DNA of 64,000 bases, from assembly GCA_963664375.1 (NCBI GenBank), contig OY761449.1, forward strand, positions 2,315,087 through 2,379,086. Reading direction: 5' to 3'. Of this stretch, positions 8,921 to 17,561 are shown piece after piece. Below the pieces are notes generated by a model. It was not told the origin of the DNA. It searched no databases and was given only the letters and a program-made list of their open reading frames with translations. This stretch comes from Dehalococcoidia bacterium. Its GTDB lineage: Bacteria > Chloroflexota > Dehalococcoidia > Lucifugimonadales > UBA3495. A program made the translations under genes and the position numbers. Each line of letters opens with the position of its first letter. Within the stretch, counting starts at the first letter, position 1.

Positions 8921-9955
8921 TCAGACGTTCAACTCAGTCCAGTCCTTGACCGCTTGCGGGATAGCCATCAGGTTCTCGATCTTGGTTGCCAGCGGCACGG
9001 CGCACTCCGGCGCGATCATCTGCACCCCGGCGTCGAGGCAGCGGTACACCTCCTGCCGCACCTGTTCCGGGCCGCGGGCGTAGAGCGTCTCCGGGTTGTT
9101 TATGTTGCCCACCAGCCCGATCCCGCCATCGACGGCGGCCATGGCCTCATGCGGGTCGTTCTTTGAATCGAAGTGGAAGGATGCCATGCCGGTCTGAGCG
9201 ATGTAGGGCATGCGGTCAATGGTCTTGCCGCAAATGTGCAGGATCAGGGGGACTTTGAGCCGCTCGGCCATTTCAGCGTGAATGTCTTGCAGGAACCGCC
9301 GGTAGTAGTCGCCGCTGACCAGGTCGCCGGTGGCATGGTCGGGGAAGGTGAGGGCGTCGGCCCCGGCGTCGATCTGTGCCTCGCCGAACAGCACCGACAG
9401 TTCCTTCAGCTTGTGCATGGCGCGCATGGTCTCGCCGGGGTTGTCAACCGTGCCCAGCAGGAAGGGCTCCACGCCGAAGACGTGGTACCCCAGCGTCCAC
9501 GGCCCCATGGTCTTGCCGATGATGGCCACTTCGTCGCCGAACTCCGCCTTGAGCTGGCGGATGGAGCCGGTGATAGCCAGCATGTCGCGGTGTTCCAGGA
9601 TACCCGGAGGAATATGCACGTCGTCCGCCGTCTTCCAGATGGGCCGGTACATGCGGACGGTCGGCCAGTTGTCCTTGTCCTCCCATTGCATCTCGCAGCC
9701 CAGCGCCGACGATTCCTGGATGATGCTGAAGTACGGCATGATCGAGTCGAAGCCCAGCTCGGTGTATCCCGTTGCCGCCAGCCGCGCCGCCAGCTCCGGT
9801 TCCTGGCAGGCTTGCGGAAACGGCGCGTCCACCAGGTCCATCAGCTCCACTGTGGCCACGTTGGTCGGGTTCGCCACCGGCGTCCGGTCAACGGGCTGCC
9901 GGTTCAGCGCCGCCATAGTGCGCTCCCGCGGCGTCATCGTCTCAACAAAAGCCAT
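8921..9955 (-). CDS. Uroporphyrinogen decarboxylase (URO-D)/MtaA-CmuA family methyltransferase
   Basis: 344 aa. Length and overall pattern fit MtaA/MtbA-type or O-demethylase MT-I-type corrinoid methyltransferases, and the gene is adjacent to the corrinoid protein. Confidence 0.75.
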   Translation of the reverse strand: MAFVETMTPRERTMAALNRQPVDRTPVANPTNVATVELMDLVDAPFPQACQEPELAARLAATGYTELGFDSIMPYFSIIQESSALGCEMQWEDKDNWPTVRMYRPIWKTADDVHIPPGILEHRDMLAITGSIRQLKAEFGDEVAIIGKTMGPWTLGYHVFGVEPFLLGTVDNPGETMRAMHKLKELSVLFGEAQIDAGADALTFPDHATGDLVSGDYYRRFLQDIHAEMAERLKVPLILHICGKTIDRMPYIAQTGMASFHFDSKNDPHEAMAAVDGGIGLVGNINNPETLYARGPEQVRQEVYRCLDAGVQMIAPECAVPLATKIENLMAIPQAVKDWTELNV

Positions 9956-9967
9956 GGCTGCGCCTCC

Positions 9968-10291
9968 TTATGGTGGGTAGATTCGGACTACCTGGCCCCT
10001 CTCCGGTTCATCCAATGCCCGCAGTGCTTCCGGCAATAGAGGTAAGAGATGCTCCAAACCGTTGGTCTGGCCGCGTAGGACTATTATACGAAGATTCAGC
10101 CTGGCGAGATTCTGCTGGCTGGGTATGCTCCTGTCGCAGGTTATCATTGCGTCGAATTCGTGCTGAGCGATAGGGAGAAATTCTCCGTCCAGCCAGCTTT
10201 TCCATCCCATGTAACGCGCGGTACGAACTTCATGACCTTGAATGAAGAATCGAAGGTTTTCCGGGACGGATTCATCCAGATACAGCCGCAT
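9968..10291 (-). CDS. DUF5615-type PIN-like toxin
   Basis: The MRLYLDESVP...ITCDRS pattern is typical of the PIN-like partners of DUF433 antitoxins. It overlaps the upstream gene by 20 nt. Confidence 0.65.
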   Translation of the reverse strand: MRLYLDESVPENLRFFIQGHEVRTARYMGWKSWLDGEFLPIAQHEFDAMITCDRSIPSQQNLARLNLRIIVLRGQTNGLEHLLPLLPEALRALDEPERGQVVRIYPP

Positions 10292-10922
10292 GGAATTCCC
10301 GCTCCAATGCCTCGCCTGCTACCACTACCGTATTCACCAGTTGCGCCGGGTCAGCCGATGAAAAGCTGAAGCGGAAGTCCTTCAGTGTCTTCCCTTCCGC
10401 CAAATGTTGGAACATAAAGATTAAGGGCAGCCGAGTTCCGATAAACACAGGGGATCCACTGACCCTCCCGCGGTCACTGTGAGCTACACCGTTTTCCTTG
10501 CCACGGTAAGCCTCCAGTTCCAGAATCCTGCCAGCCGTCAATACCGCGTCATACGTGTCCTCAAGAAATGTATCTGGGAAATCCCAATGAAAATCTTTCA
10601 GACTCTTTAAGTCGGCGAGATAATCGAACATGCGCTTGACCGGCACATCCGACCGCTCGAACACCAGCGCCCCGTCCGCGATTTCCTCATTCCTTTCGAT
10701 GATGCGCTTCGTCTTTTCCCGGGCGTCCCGCTCCAGTTCGGCCAGCGCCTGCTCCATGGACACGGACGGGAACTTGTGCAGGAAGCCGTACACGTTCCAG
10801 TCGCTGCGCAGATAAGCGTGCAGCTCTTTGATGGAGATTTCAGTCCCATCAAAAAGCGGTGATTCTTCTGCGGCCGCGTTCCTCTTATTTGCAATGCTGT
10901 CCGTACTCACGTCCATCTCCAT
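10272..10922 (-). CDS. DUF433-like antitoxin with three tandem DUF433-type modules
   Basis: Three repeats of the pattern (F/V)xGTxI/RxPhxxhxxYL/HLxxGxxhxDFxxxFP: FDGTEISIKELHAYL.., FERSDVPVKRMFDYLADLKSLKDF.. and FIGTRLPLIFMFQHLAEGKTLKDF.. Confidence 0.6.
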   Translation of the reverse strand: MEMDVSTDSIANKRNAAAEESPLFDGTEISIKELHAYLRSDWNVYGFLHKFPSVSMEQALAELERDAREKTKRIIERNEEIADGALVFERSDVPVKRMFDYLADLKSLKDFHWDFPDTFLEDTYDAVLTAGRILELEAYRGKENGVAHSDRGRVSGSPVFIGTRLPLIFMFQHLAEGKTLKDFRFSFSSADPAQLVNTVVVAGEALEREFHAAVSG

Positions 10923-10928
10923 TTCAGT

Positions 10929-11606
10929 TTACGTCTGCGAGAAGCCCAGCGTTCCGGTGGTCATCTGGCCGCGCAGGGCCTCGGCGGCCATCATGGTTTC
11001 TACGCTGGAGATGTTGCGGGAGTAGGGCAGCAGCACCCGCATCAGCGCGTCGTGGGGCATCCCGCAGGCGAAGGCTACTCCCGACTCGCCCACCTGCTCC
11101 ATCTCGCCGTAGCGGGTGAAGCCGGCCAGCACCATCCGCAGCCGCATGGCCGCGTTGCGCGCCTCGCCGTCCAGCGACACGTCGTACACCGAGCGGCCTT
11201 CGCGCTCGCTGTCCGCCAGCGTGGCCCGGATGGTCAGCGCCGACTTGGAGTCCTGGATCGACAGCTCCCCTTGCGGCGGGGCGTAGTCCGGTGCCTTGCC
11301 CACCGCCTGCGACATCACGAAACGCAGTGTGCGCTGGTGCAGGCGGCCGCACGGGAATCGCACCTGGTTGTGCGAATCCCCGACTACTTCCATGCCGCCG
11401 AGCGCGATCATCTGGTCGCGTATCTCCCGGACGCGCTCCCCCACGCCTTCGCGTCGGCTGAACGTCCAGATGGTGCAGACGCCGTCCTTGACGTACAGCC
11501 CCACGCTGATGTCGTGGAAACGCCGGTCCAGCGGCACCAGTTCGAGGCACTGCCCGTAACGCTCGATGACTTCCGCTGGTCGCAGCTTTCCGGTAGTTGT
11601 GGCCAT
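10929..11606 (-). CDS. Hypothetical protein (225 aa), co-transcribed with the homocysteine S-methyltransferase gene
   Basis: Start is 8 nt after the upstream stop. Strong GC3 coding signal. No motif recognised. Confidence 0.6.
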   Translation of the reverse strand: MATTTGKLRPAEVIERYGQCLELVPLDRRFHDISVGLYVKDGVCTIWTFSRREGVGERVREIRDQMIALGGMEVVGDSHNQVRFPCGRLHQRTLRFVMSQAVGKAPDYAPPQGELSIQDSKSALTIRATLADSEREGRSVYDVSLDGEARNAAMRLRMVLAGFTRYGEMEQVGESGVAFACGMPHDALMRVLLPYSRNISSVETMMAAEALRGQMTTGTLGFSQT

Positions 11607-11614
11607 TGCGCCCC

Positions 11615-12526
11615 CTAGCGGCCGACTGCCGAGGCCAGTGCGCGGATGTGTTCCGGCCCGGTGCCGCAGCAGCCGCCGATGATGTTCACGCCTAGATCGG
11701 CCAATTCCCTGAACCGTTCCGCCATGTATTCCGGCGATTCGGGATAGACAATCTCACCGCCCCGCATGGCCGGGATTCCGGCGTTGGAGTGGATGAGCAG
11801 AAACCCGTCCGTTTCCCCTCGCATTCGACGGGCGATGTCCAGCATGTTGTCAATGCCGTTGCCGCAATTGGAGCCGACGACGTGCGCCCCGGCGTCCTCC
11901 ATGGCGTGAACTGCGGCCTCCGGCGTGATGCCCATCATGGTGAAGAAGCCGCGTGGCCCCTTGTCGAACACCATCGTCGCCATCACGACCAGGCCCGTAT
12001 TCTCGCGGGCCGCCCGGACTGCCAGCGCCGCCTCCTCCGCGGCCGTCATGGTCTCCACCACAACGGCGTCTGCGCCGCCAGCCTCCAGCGCCTTGACCTG
12101 AACCGAAAAAGCGTCATACATCTCCGATTCCGACACCGGCCCCAGCGGCTCCAGGAACTCCCCGGTCGGCCCGACCGAGCCGACGACGAATCGCCCCTCC
12201 GGCGCCTGGCTGCGGGCGTGTTCGGCGGCCAAACGGTTGAACTCGGCGACCCGTTCCGCGTAGCCGTATTTCTTCTGCATGAACACGGTGCCGCCGAAGG
12301 AATTGGTCAGCGCCATATCCGACCCGGCCTCAAAGTACCGGCGGGCCATCTCCCGCACCACATCGGGATGGCTGGCGTTGAACTCCTCGGGGCAGCCGCC
12401 CGGCTCCAGGCCGTGCTGTTGCAGGAACGTGCCAGTTGCCCCGTCGGAGACCAGCAGCCCGCCGGAGCGCAGCCGCGCCAGCAACGCCTGTGGGCCAGTA
12501 AGAGCGTTTTCAGTATTAGCGGTCAA
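11615..12526 (-). CDS. Homocysteine S-methyltransferase domain protein (MetH N-terminal-like, Zn-dependent)
   Basis: DGATGT, SNCGNG and GGCCGTGPEHI motifs (Zn-ligand cysteines). TTG start, with no in-frame ATG before the conserved N-terminus. Confidence 0.85.
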   Translation of the reverse strand: MTANTENALTGPQALLARLRSGGLLVSDGATGTFLQQHGLEPGGCPEEFNASHPDVVREMARRYFEAGSDMALTNSFGGTVFMQKKYGYAERVAEFNRLAAEHARSQAPEGRFVVGSVGPTGEFLEPLGPVSESEMYDAFSVQVKALEAGGADAVVVETMTAAEEAALAVRAARENTGLVVMATMVFDKGPRGFFTMMGITPEAAVHAMEDAGAHVVGSNCGNGIDNMLDIARRMRGETDGFLLIHSNAGIPAMRGGEIVYPESPEYMAERFRELADLGVNIIGGCCGTGPEHIRALASAVGR

Positions 12527-12642
12527 TCAGCCTGCCCAATTTTGAATAATGTTTATGCCGCATTGTATTCGCCTTGCTTGCCGGGCCGCAACAAGTGGAA
12601 CGAAGGGCTATTCTCAACAAGGGCGGAAAACGCCAACCGTAT

Positions 12643-12672
12643 CCGTCATTCCGGTTTTCGCCGGAATGACGG
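12643..12672. repeat. Family-B minimal hairpin (CCGTCATTCCGG-TTTTCG-CCGGAATGACGG)
   Basis: Perfect 12-bp stem. The arms are identical to the ends of the family-B elements at 13389-13493 and 59632-59726. Confidence 0.8.
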
Positions 12673-12916
12673 ATAGTTTGCCCGCCTTCTGACGTAACCA
12701 GCAAGACGCGATTGCCCTGTCTCTCCAGGGTTGCCCACTGGACATCTCCCCACTGCCGCGCTACCATCCCTATTGCCAAGTTCACCCTGACCCCTAGCAA
12801 CCTTGCCGAGGAGCGCAACCGGCAAAAGCGTGGGTATTGCCCATGCCCCTTGCAGCGCTCCTATCGGGTGGGTGAACTTGGCAGTTGCCCAACCTTTTGC
12901 GGCAGGGGGCACTTCT

Positions 12917-14933
12917 ATGACTGCCAAAGCGCCAACTCTTCTTCTTTTCCTGCTAGTCCCACTTGTAATCCTGCTGCTGGCTGCCGTGGCGACCTACGGC
13001 ATTGTCAGCTCCCAATCGTCCAACGGGGTCTACGACACCGACGGCGACAAGCTCATCGAGATTGACAACCTGGAGCAGTTGGACGCCATCCGCTACGACC
13101 TGGACGGCGATGGGCGGGCTGACGACTCCGACGACAACGACAGCTATGCGGCTGCCTTCCCCGTCTCCGGCAGCGACAAGGTCTGCAACGCGGGCTGCAC
13201 CGGGTACGAGCTGCAACGCTCCCTGGACTTTAACAACGGCGACAGCTACGCCGGGGACGTCAACTATGACTGGTCTTCCGGCAGCGGCTGGTCTCCAATC
13301 TACAGATTCGAGTCCACTTTCAACGGCAACGGAAACACCATCTCCAACCTGTACGTGAACAGGAACACTAGGGTGTGTTGACATTTCACCGTCATTCCGG
13401 CGAAAGCCGGAATCCAGTACCGGAACCCGCAATTGTAGTCGAGAATTTGGACACTCGACGGTCTCTGGATTCCGGCTTTCGCCGGAATGACGGTTAAAAT
13501 TCCAAATGTCAACAGAGCCTAGGGATAGAGTCGGACTTTTCCGCTATACCTCCGATACTGCTGCCATCCGCGGAGTGGGGCTGCTAGACGTCGATGTGAC
13601 CGGAAGCAGCCAAGTCGGCGCGCTGGTCGGGGAAAACGACGGCACGGTCAGCAACAGCTACTCCACTGGCACGGTCACTGGCCGTTCTAGCGGTGGGCTA
13701 GTCGGGTCGAACGAAGGCACGGTCAGCTACAGCTATGCCACCAGCTCGATCACGGGTAGCCAAGCCGGCGGGCTGGTTGGGTTGAACGAAGGCACGGTCA
13801 ACTACAGTTACTCCACCGGAGCGATAACTGGCACTGGCTGGCGCGTCGGCGGGCTGGTCGGGTTTAACAGAGGCACGATCAGCAGCGGCTACGCCACCGG
13901 CACGGTCACGGGCACGCTTGAGGGCAATGCTTGGTCTCACGCCGGCGGGCTAGTCGGGTATATGGATTCTGGCTCAATAACCTCCAGCTATGCCATTGGC
14001 TCTGTATCGGGCAATCCTACTTACGTCGGCGGACTGATTGGTTACCGCAACGGAGGGTCAATCACCACCAGCTACTGGAACACTGACATCCAGGAAACAG
14101 GAATTGGCAAAGGGAGCAGCGACGGGGCCGAAGGAAAGACCACGGCGGAGTTGAAAGCGCCCACGGGGCGAACCGGCATCTACGCCCGTTGGAACCCACA
14201 GCCTTGGGACTTCGGCACCAGTAGTCAGTACCCGCTGCTGAAAGCGGACATGGACGGCGACGGCACGGCCACCTGGCACGAGTTCGGGCCGCAAATATCC
14301 GGCGACCGCCCGGTGCCGACACCGACGCCGACTCCGGCGGCAACCAACACGCCCACGGCTACGCCCATCGCCACCAATACGCCCACGCCCACCGCGACGC
14401 CAGTTGCCACCAACACGCCGACACCCACGCCTACGCTGGCGGCCACGCCAACTCCGGAGGCCACGGCGACTCCCACGCCAACCCCGACGCCCGCGCCGGT
14501 GCTGACCAGCGGCTACAACGGCTCGTGCCTGCTGGACAGCGACGGTTCGGTATCCTGCTGGGAGAGCCGGTCGGGAGACGAGGACGGGCCGCCGGCCGGG
14601 GCCAGGTTCAGCGCCATCAGCAGCGGCTACCGGCACACCTGCGGCATCAAGACCGACGGGACGCTGGCCTGCTGGGGCAGCAACACGCGGGGCGAGTCCA
14701 CGCCGCCCTCGGGCAGGTTCACCGTCATCAGCAGCGGATTCAGCCACAACTGCGCCCTGCACGCCGCGGACGGGACGGCAGCCTGCTGGGGCAACGACAT
14801 CTCGGGGCAGTCAACGCCGCCGGTGGGCGTGCCTTTCACTACGCTCAGCAGCGGCCTGGTGCATACCTGTGGCCAGCGGATAGACGGCATAATAGTCTGC
14901 TGGGGCGGCCTGTCGGGAACGTTCGGGGAGTAG
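12917..14933 (+). pseudogene. Secreted GLUG-repeat / PT-linker / RCC1-repeat surface protein gene, split by a MITE insertion
   Basis: N-terminal signal/TM segment (MTAKAPTLLLFLLVPLVILLL). The FNGNGNTISNLYVNRNT| ...|RDRVGLF junction is interrupted at 13374-13518. GLUG repeats (GGLVGxNxGTVSxSY), a PTPTPT linker and three or more RCC1-like repeats (SGxxHxCxxxxDGxxxCWG) follow. Confidence 0.85.
13374..13518. mobile_element. 145-bp MITE-like element (outer TIR TGTTGACATTT, inner family-B arms) flanked by a CTAGGG target-site duplication
   Basis: CTAGGG occurs at 13368-13373 and at 13519-13524. Removing the element plus one CTAGGG (151 bp) restores one continuous reading frame, NRNTRDRVGLF. The element carries the in-frame TGA at 13379-13381. 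Confidence 0.85.
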
Positions 14934-14957
14934 GCACTTGAACGCCGTCTCCGGCTA

Positions 14958-15001
14958 GGATTTCACCCCCACCCCAACCCTCCCCCTTGATGGGGGAGGG
15001 A
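14958..15001 (+). repeat. REP-A element
   Basis: ggatttcacccccaccccaaccctcccccttgatgggggaggga. Confidence 0.9.
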
Positions 15002-15016
15002 TTTTTTTGTTAGCTA

Positions 15017-15060
15017 GGATTTCACCCCCACCCTAACCCTCCCCCTGAGAGGGAGGGGAT
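15017..15060 (+). repeat. REP-A element (tandem with the previous copy)
   Basis: ggatttcacccccaccctaaccctccccctgagagggaggggat. Confidence 0.9.
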
Positions 15061-15143
15061 TTTTTGGCTTTGTGCCGCCGCCGTCCGTGTGGTTAAATTG
15101 CCGCACTCCATACGAGAAACTGAAACGCGGGAGGCGGCCCGTC

Positions 15144-16325
15144 ATGACCAGCTATCTGTCTCACCTGGAATGCACCATCTGCGGCGCAGAGTACCCGGCC
15201 AACCGGCTGTCCGGCGTCAGCCCGTGCTGCGGCAAGGTGCTCTACGCCCGCTACAACCTCGACCGTATCCGGGCCGAAGTTGACCGCGACCGCTTGTCCG
15301 CGAGAACGCCCAACATGTGGCGCTTTCAGGAACTGCTGCCCGTCGATGACCCCGGCAACATCGTGTCCCTCGGCGAGGGCGGCACTCCCTTGATCGAGGT
15401 GAAGAATCTGGGCGAAAAGCTCGGCGTCTCGAACCTTTTTGTCAAAGAGGAAGGGCTGAATCCCACTGGCACGTTCAAGGCTCGGGGCATCGCCGCCGCA
15501 ATATCAAAAGGGCTGGAACTGGGCGCTGCCGGGTTCACCATGCCGTCGGCGGGCAACGCCGCCGGGGCCGCCGCCGCCTACTGCGCCCGCGCCGGGCTGA
15601 CCGCCAAGGTGTTCATGCCGCAGGACGCTCCCGATTCCAACAAGAAAGAGTGCCTCGTAGCCGGTTCCGAGCTGAACCTGGTCGACGGCCTGATCGGCGA
15701 CGCTGGACGGATAGCGGTTACGGTGGCCCAGGAGCAGGGCCTGTTCGACCTCTCGACGCTGAAGGAGCCGTACCGCGCCGAGGGCAAGAAGTCCATGGGG
15801 CTGGAATTGGCGATGCAGTTCGGCTGGCGCATGCCCGAGGCCATCATCTACCCCGCCGGGGGCGGCACCGGCATCATCGGCATGCACAAGGGTTTCCTGG
15901 AGTTGCTGGAGCTGGGCTGGATCGAGGGCGACCTGCCCAAGTTCATCGCCGTCCAGGCCGACGGGTGCCAGCCCATTGTCAAGGCGTTCAACGAAGGCAA
16001 GGACACCGCCGAGCCGTGGCAGAACGCCGCCACCGTCGCCGACGGCCTGCGGGTGCCCGGCCCGTTCGCCGACTACCTGATGCTCCAGGCAATCCGCGAG
16101 ACCGGCGGCACGGCCCTGGCCATATCCGACGCCGACATGGTAGCTGCCATGTACGAGCTGGCCACCGCCGAGGGCATCTTCGCCTGCCCCGAGGGCGCGG
16201 CCACCCTGGTCGGCTACAAGCGCCTCATCGACGAGGGATTCCTGCGCCGCGACGAGACCACGGTACTGTTCAACACCGGCTCCGGCTACAAATACCTGCA
16301 ACTCATCGATGGCATGAGCGTCTAG
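15144..16325 (+). CDS. thrC: Threonine synthase
   Basis: N-terminal zinc-ribbon-like CTICGAEY..CC, the PLP lysine motif NPTGTFKARG, and the GNAAGAAAAY and GGGTGIIG motifs. ATG 15144 with a GGGAGG RBS. Confidence 0.9.
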   Translation: MTSYLSHLECTICGAEYPANRLSGVSPCCGKVLYARYNLDRIRAEVDRDRLSARTPNMWRFQELLPVDDPGNIVSLGEGGTPLIEVKNLGEKLGVSNLFVKEEGLNPTGTFKARGIAAAISKGLELGAAGFTMPSAGNAAGAAAAYCARAGLTAKVFMPQDAPDSNKKECLVAGSELNLVDGLIGDAGRIAVTVAQEQGLFDLSTLKEPYRAEGKKSMGLELAMQFGWRMPEAIIYPAGGGTGIIGMHKGFLELLELGWIEGDLPKFIAVQADGCQPIVKAFNEGKDTAEPWQNAATVADGLRVPGPFADYLMLQAIRETGGTALAISDADMVAAMYELATAEGIFACPEGAATLVGYKRLIDEGFLRRDETTVLFNTGSGYKYLQLIDGMSV

Positions 16326-16340
16326 CGGGGTTCTCTCTTG

Positions 16341-16356
16341 CTCCCTCCCCATTGAG
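16341..16356 (-). repeat. Left half of a REP-A element disrupted by the IS
   Basis: ctccctccccattgag ends at the IS boundary. It joins 17464-17496 to give a complete REP-A hairpin. Confidence 0.85.
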
Positions 16357-17463
16357 ACGCTTGATGCACATTAACAACTGAAAAGTTAAGGAAAGCGCCG
16401 GGGATGGCTTATGCTGACCTCACCCGCTCAAAAGGATGTCAGCAGCCATGAACCTGGACACTTTCCTTGTGGCATTGTATACCATCGTGGACGACCTCTA
16501 TCAGGCCAATATCGCCCCCCTTCTGCCGGTTCGCTGCGGCCCCAAGCCCCGGCTCTCGGACAGCGAGATGCTGACCCTGGCCCTCTGCGCCCAGTGGCAT
16601 GGCGCATCGGAGCGGGCTTTCCTCCGCTACGCCGCCCAGCACTGGCGCGGCTATTTCCCCAACCTGACCAGCCAAAGCGCCTGCAACCGCCGCATCCGCA
16701 AACTGGCCTGGGCCTTGAGCGCTTTGGCTCAGGCGGCGGCCCGGGAACTGGCGGCTTACGCTGCTCCCTTTCAGGTGCTGGACACCGTGCCGCTGCCCCT
16801 GATGCGCCGTTGCCGCGGCCGGAAACACAAGCTCTTTGGCCACGAGGCCGGCATAGGCCGGGGCGGTTCAGACCGGGACTGGTATTACGGCTGCAAGCTG
16901 ATGCTGGCGGCCACGGATCAGGGTGTGATCACCGGCTTTCTGCTCTCCCCCGCCAGCACCGAGGACCATTGGGCCGCCGAGGCCTTCCTCTGCTGGCGGG
17001 CCAACCCTCTGGGCGCCCCGGTATCCCCGGAGGAACTGCCGCGCCGGCGCAACGGACAAAAGCACGTAGGACCCAATGGCCCGCAGTGGCCGCGTTACGG
17101 GCCGGGCCAGCCGACGGCGGCGCCCTGCCTGGGAGACAACGGCTTCTTCGGGGCCAACTGGCAACGGCGCTGGCTGGAGGAGTACGGCGCGGCGGTGCTG
17201 GCGCCCCTCAATTACCGCGGGGAGAGCGCGAAACACTGGCGGCGGCGTCACCGCTCGCGGCTGCAGGTGGCGGAGACGGTCAACGGGCTGCTGGAGCAGG
17301 TCTTTCACCTGCATTACCCCAAGGCGCGCAGCGTGTGGGGCCTGCTGGCACAGGTGTCGGCCAAGGTGGCGGCTCTGAACCTGGGCATCCGGGTGAACCG
17401 GCAACTGGGCCGCCCCGGTTTGGCTCTTGCCACTCTTTTCAGTTGTTAATGTGCATCAAGCGT
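16357..17463 (+). mobile_element. Insertion sequence, IS982-family-like, 1107 bp
   Basis: Perfect 29-bp terminal inverted repeats ACGCTTGATGCACATTAACAACTGAAAAG / CTTTTCAGTTGTTAATGTGCATCAAGCGT. A 5-bp TTGAG direct repeat at 16352-16356 and 17464-17468. A single transposase ORF. Confidence 0.9.
16448..17449 (+). CDS. DDE transposase (IS982-like)
   Basis: MNLDTFLVALYTIVDDLY N-terminus, LDTVPLPL..RR..GHEAGIGRGGSDRDWYYGCKLMLAATDQGVITGFLLSPASTEDH DDE core pattern. ATG 16436 is an alternative start. Confidence 0.8.
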   Translation: MNLDTFLVALYTIVDDLYQANIAPLLPVRCGPKPRLSDSEMLTLALCAQWHGASERAFLRYAAQHWRGYFPNLTSQSACNRRIRKLAWALSALAQAAARELAAYAAPFQVLDTVPLPLMRRCRGRKHKLFGHEAGIGRGGSDRDWYYGCKLMLAATDQGVITGFLLSPASTEDHWAAEAFLCWRANPLGAPVSPEELPRRRNGQKHVGPNGPQWPRYGPGQPTAAPCLGDNGFFGANWQRRWLEEYGAAVLAPLNYRGESAKHWRRRHRSRLQVAETVNGLLEQVFHLHYPKARSVWGLLAQVSAKVAALNLGIRVNRQLGRPGLALATLFSC

Positions 17464-17496
17464 TTGAGGGGGAGGGCTGGGGTGGGGGTGAAATCC
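17464..17496 (-). repeat. Right half of the REP-A element disrupted by the IS
   Basis: ttgagggggagggctggggtgggggtgaaatcc. Confidence 0.85.
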
Positions 17497-17561
17497 TGAG
17501 CATCGACGACCCTGTTTGCTGGGACGTGTGGACATGCACATCCTTTTTCGGAGAAACATCT

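Noticed and set aside
12527-12916. Cobalamin riboswitch upstream of the corrinoid methyltransferase operon
   Set aside because: No B12-box (GCCACTG-like) or other conserved cobalamin-riboswitch segments are recognisable on the minus strand. The region holds only a family-B hairpin.
14300-14500. Nucleotide tandem repeats in PT-rich regions (also 35990-36150) as VNTR or non-coding repeat arrays
   Set aside because: They lie in-frame within coding sequences and encode Pro/Thr linkers. No independent repeat structure exists outside the ORFs.
13506-14933. 475-aa ORF as an independent intact gene
   Set aside because: Its ATG lies inside the MITE terminal repeat, and the encoded N-terminus continues the interrupted upstream ORF exactly. 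It is treated as the 3' part of a split gene.
16411-17499. 362-aa alternative-frame ORF inside the IS
   Set aside because: Pro/Gly/Arg-rich with no transposase motifs. The 16436/16448-17449 frame carries the IS982-like DDE pattern.
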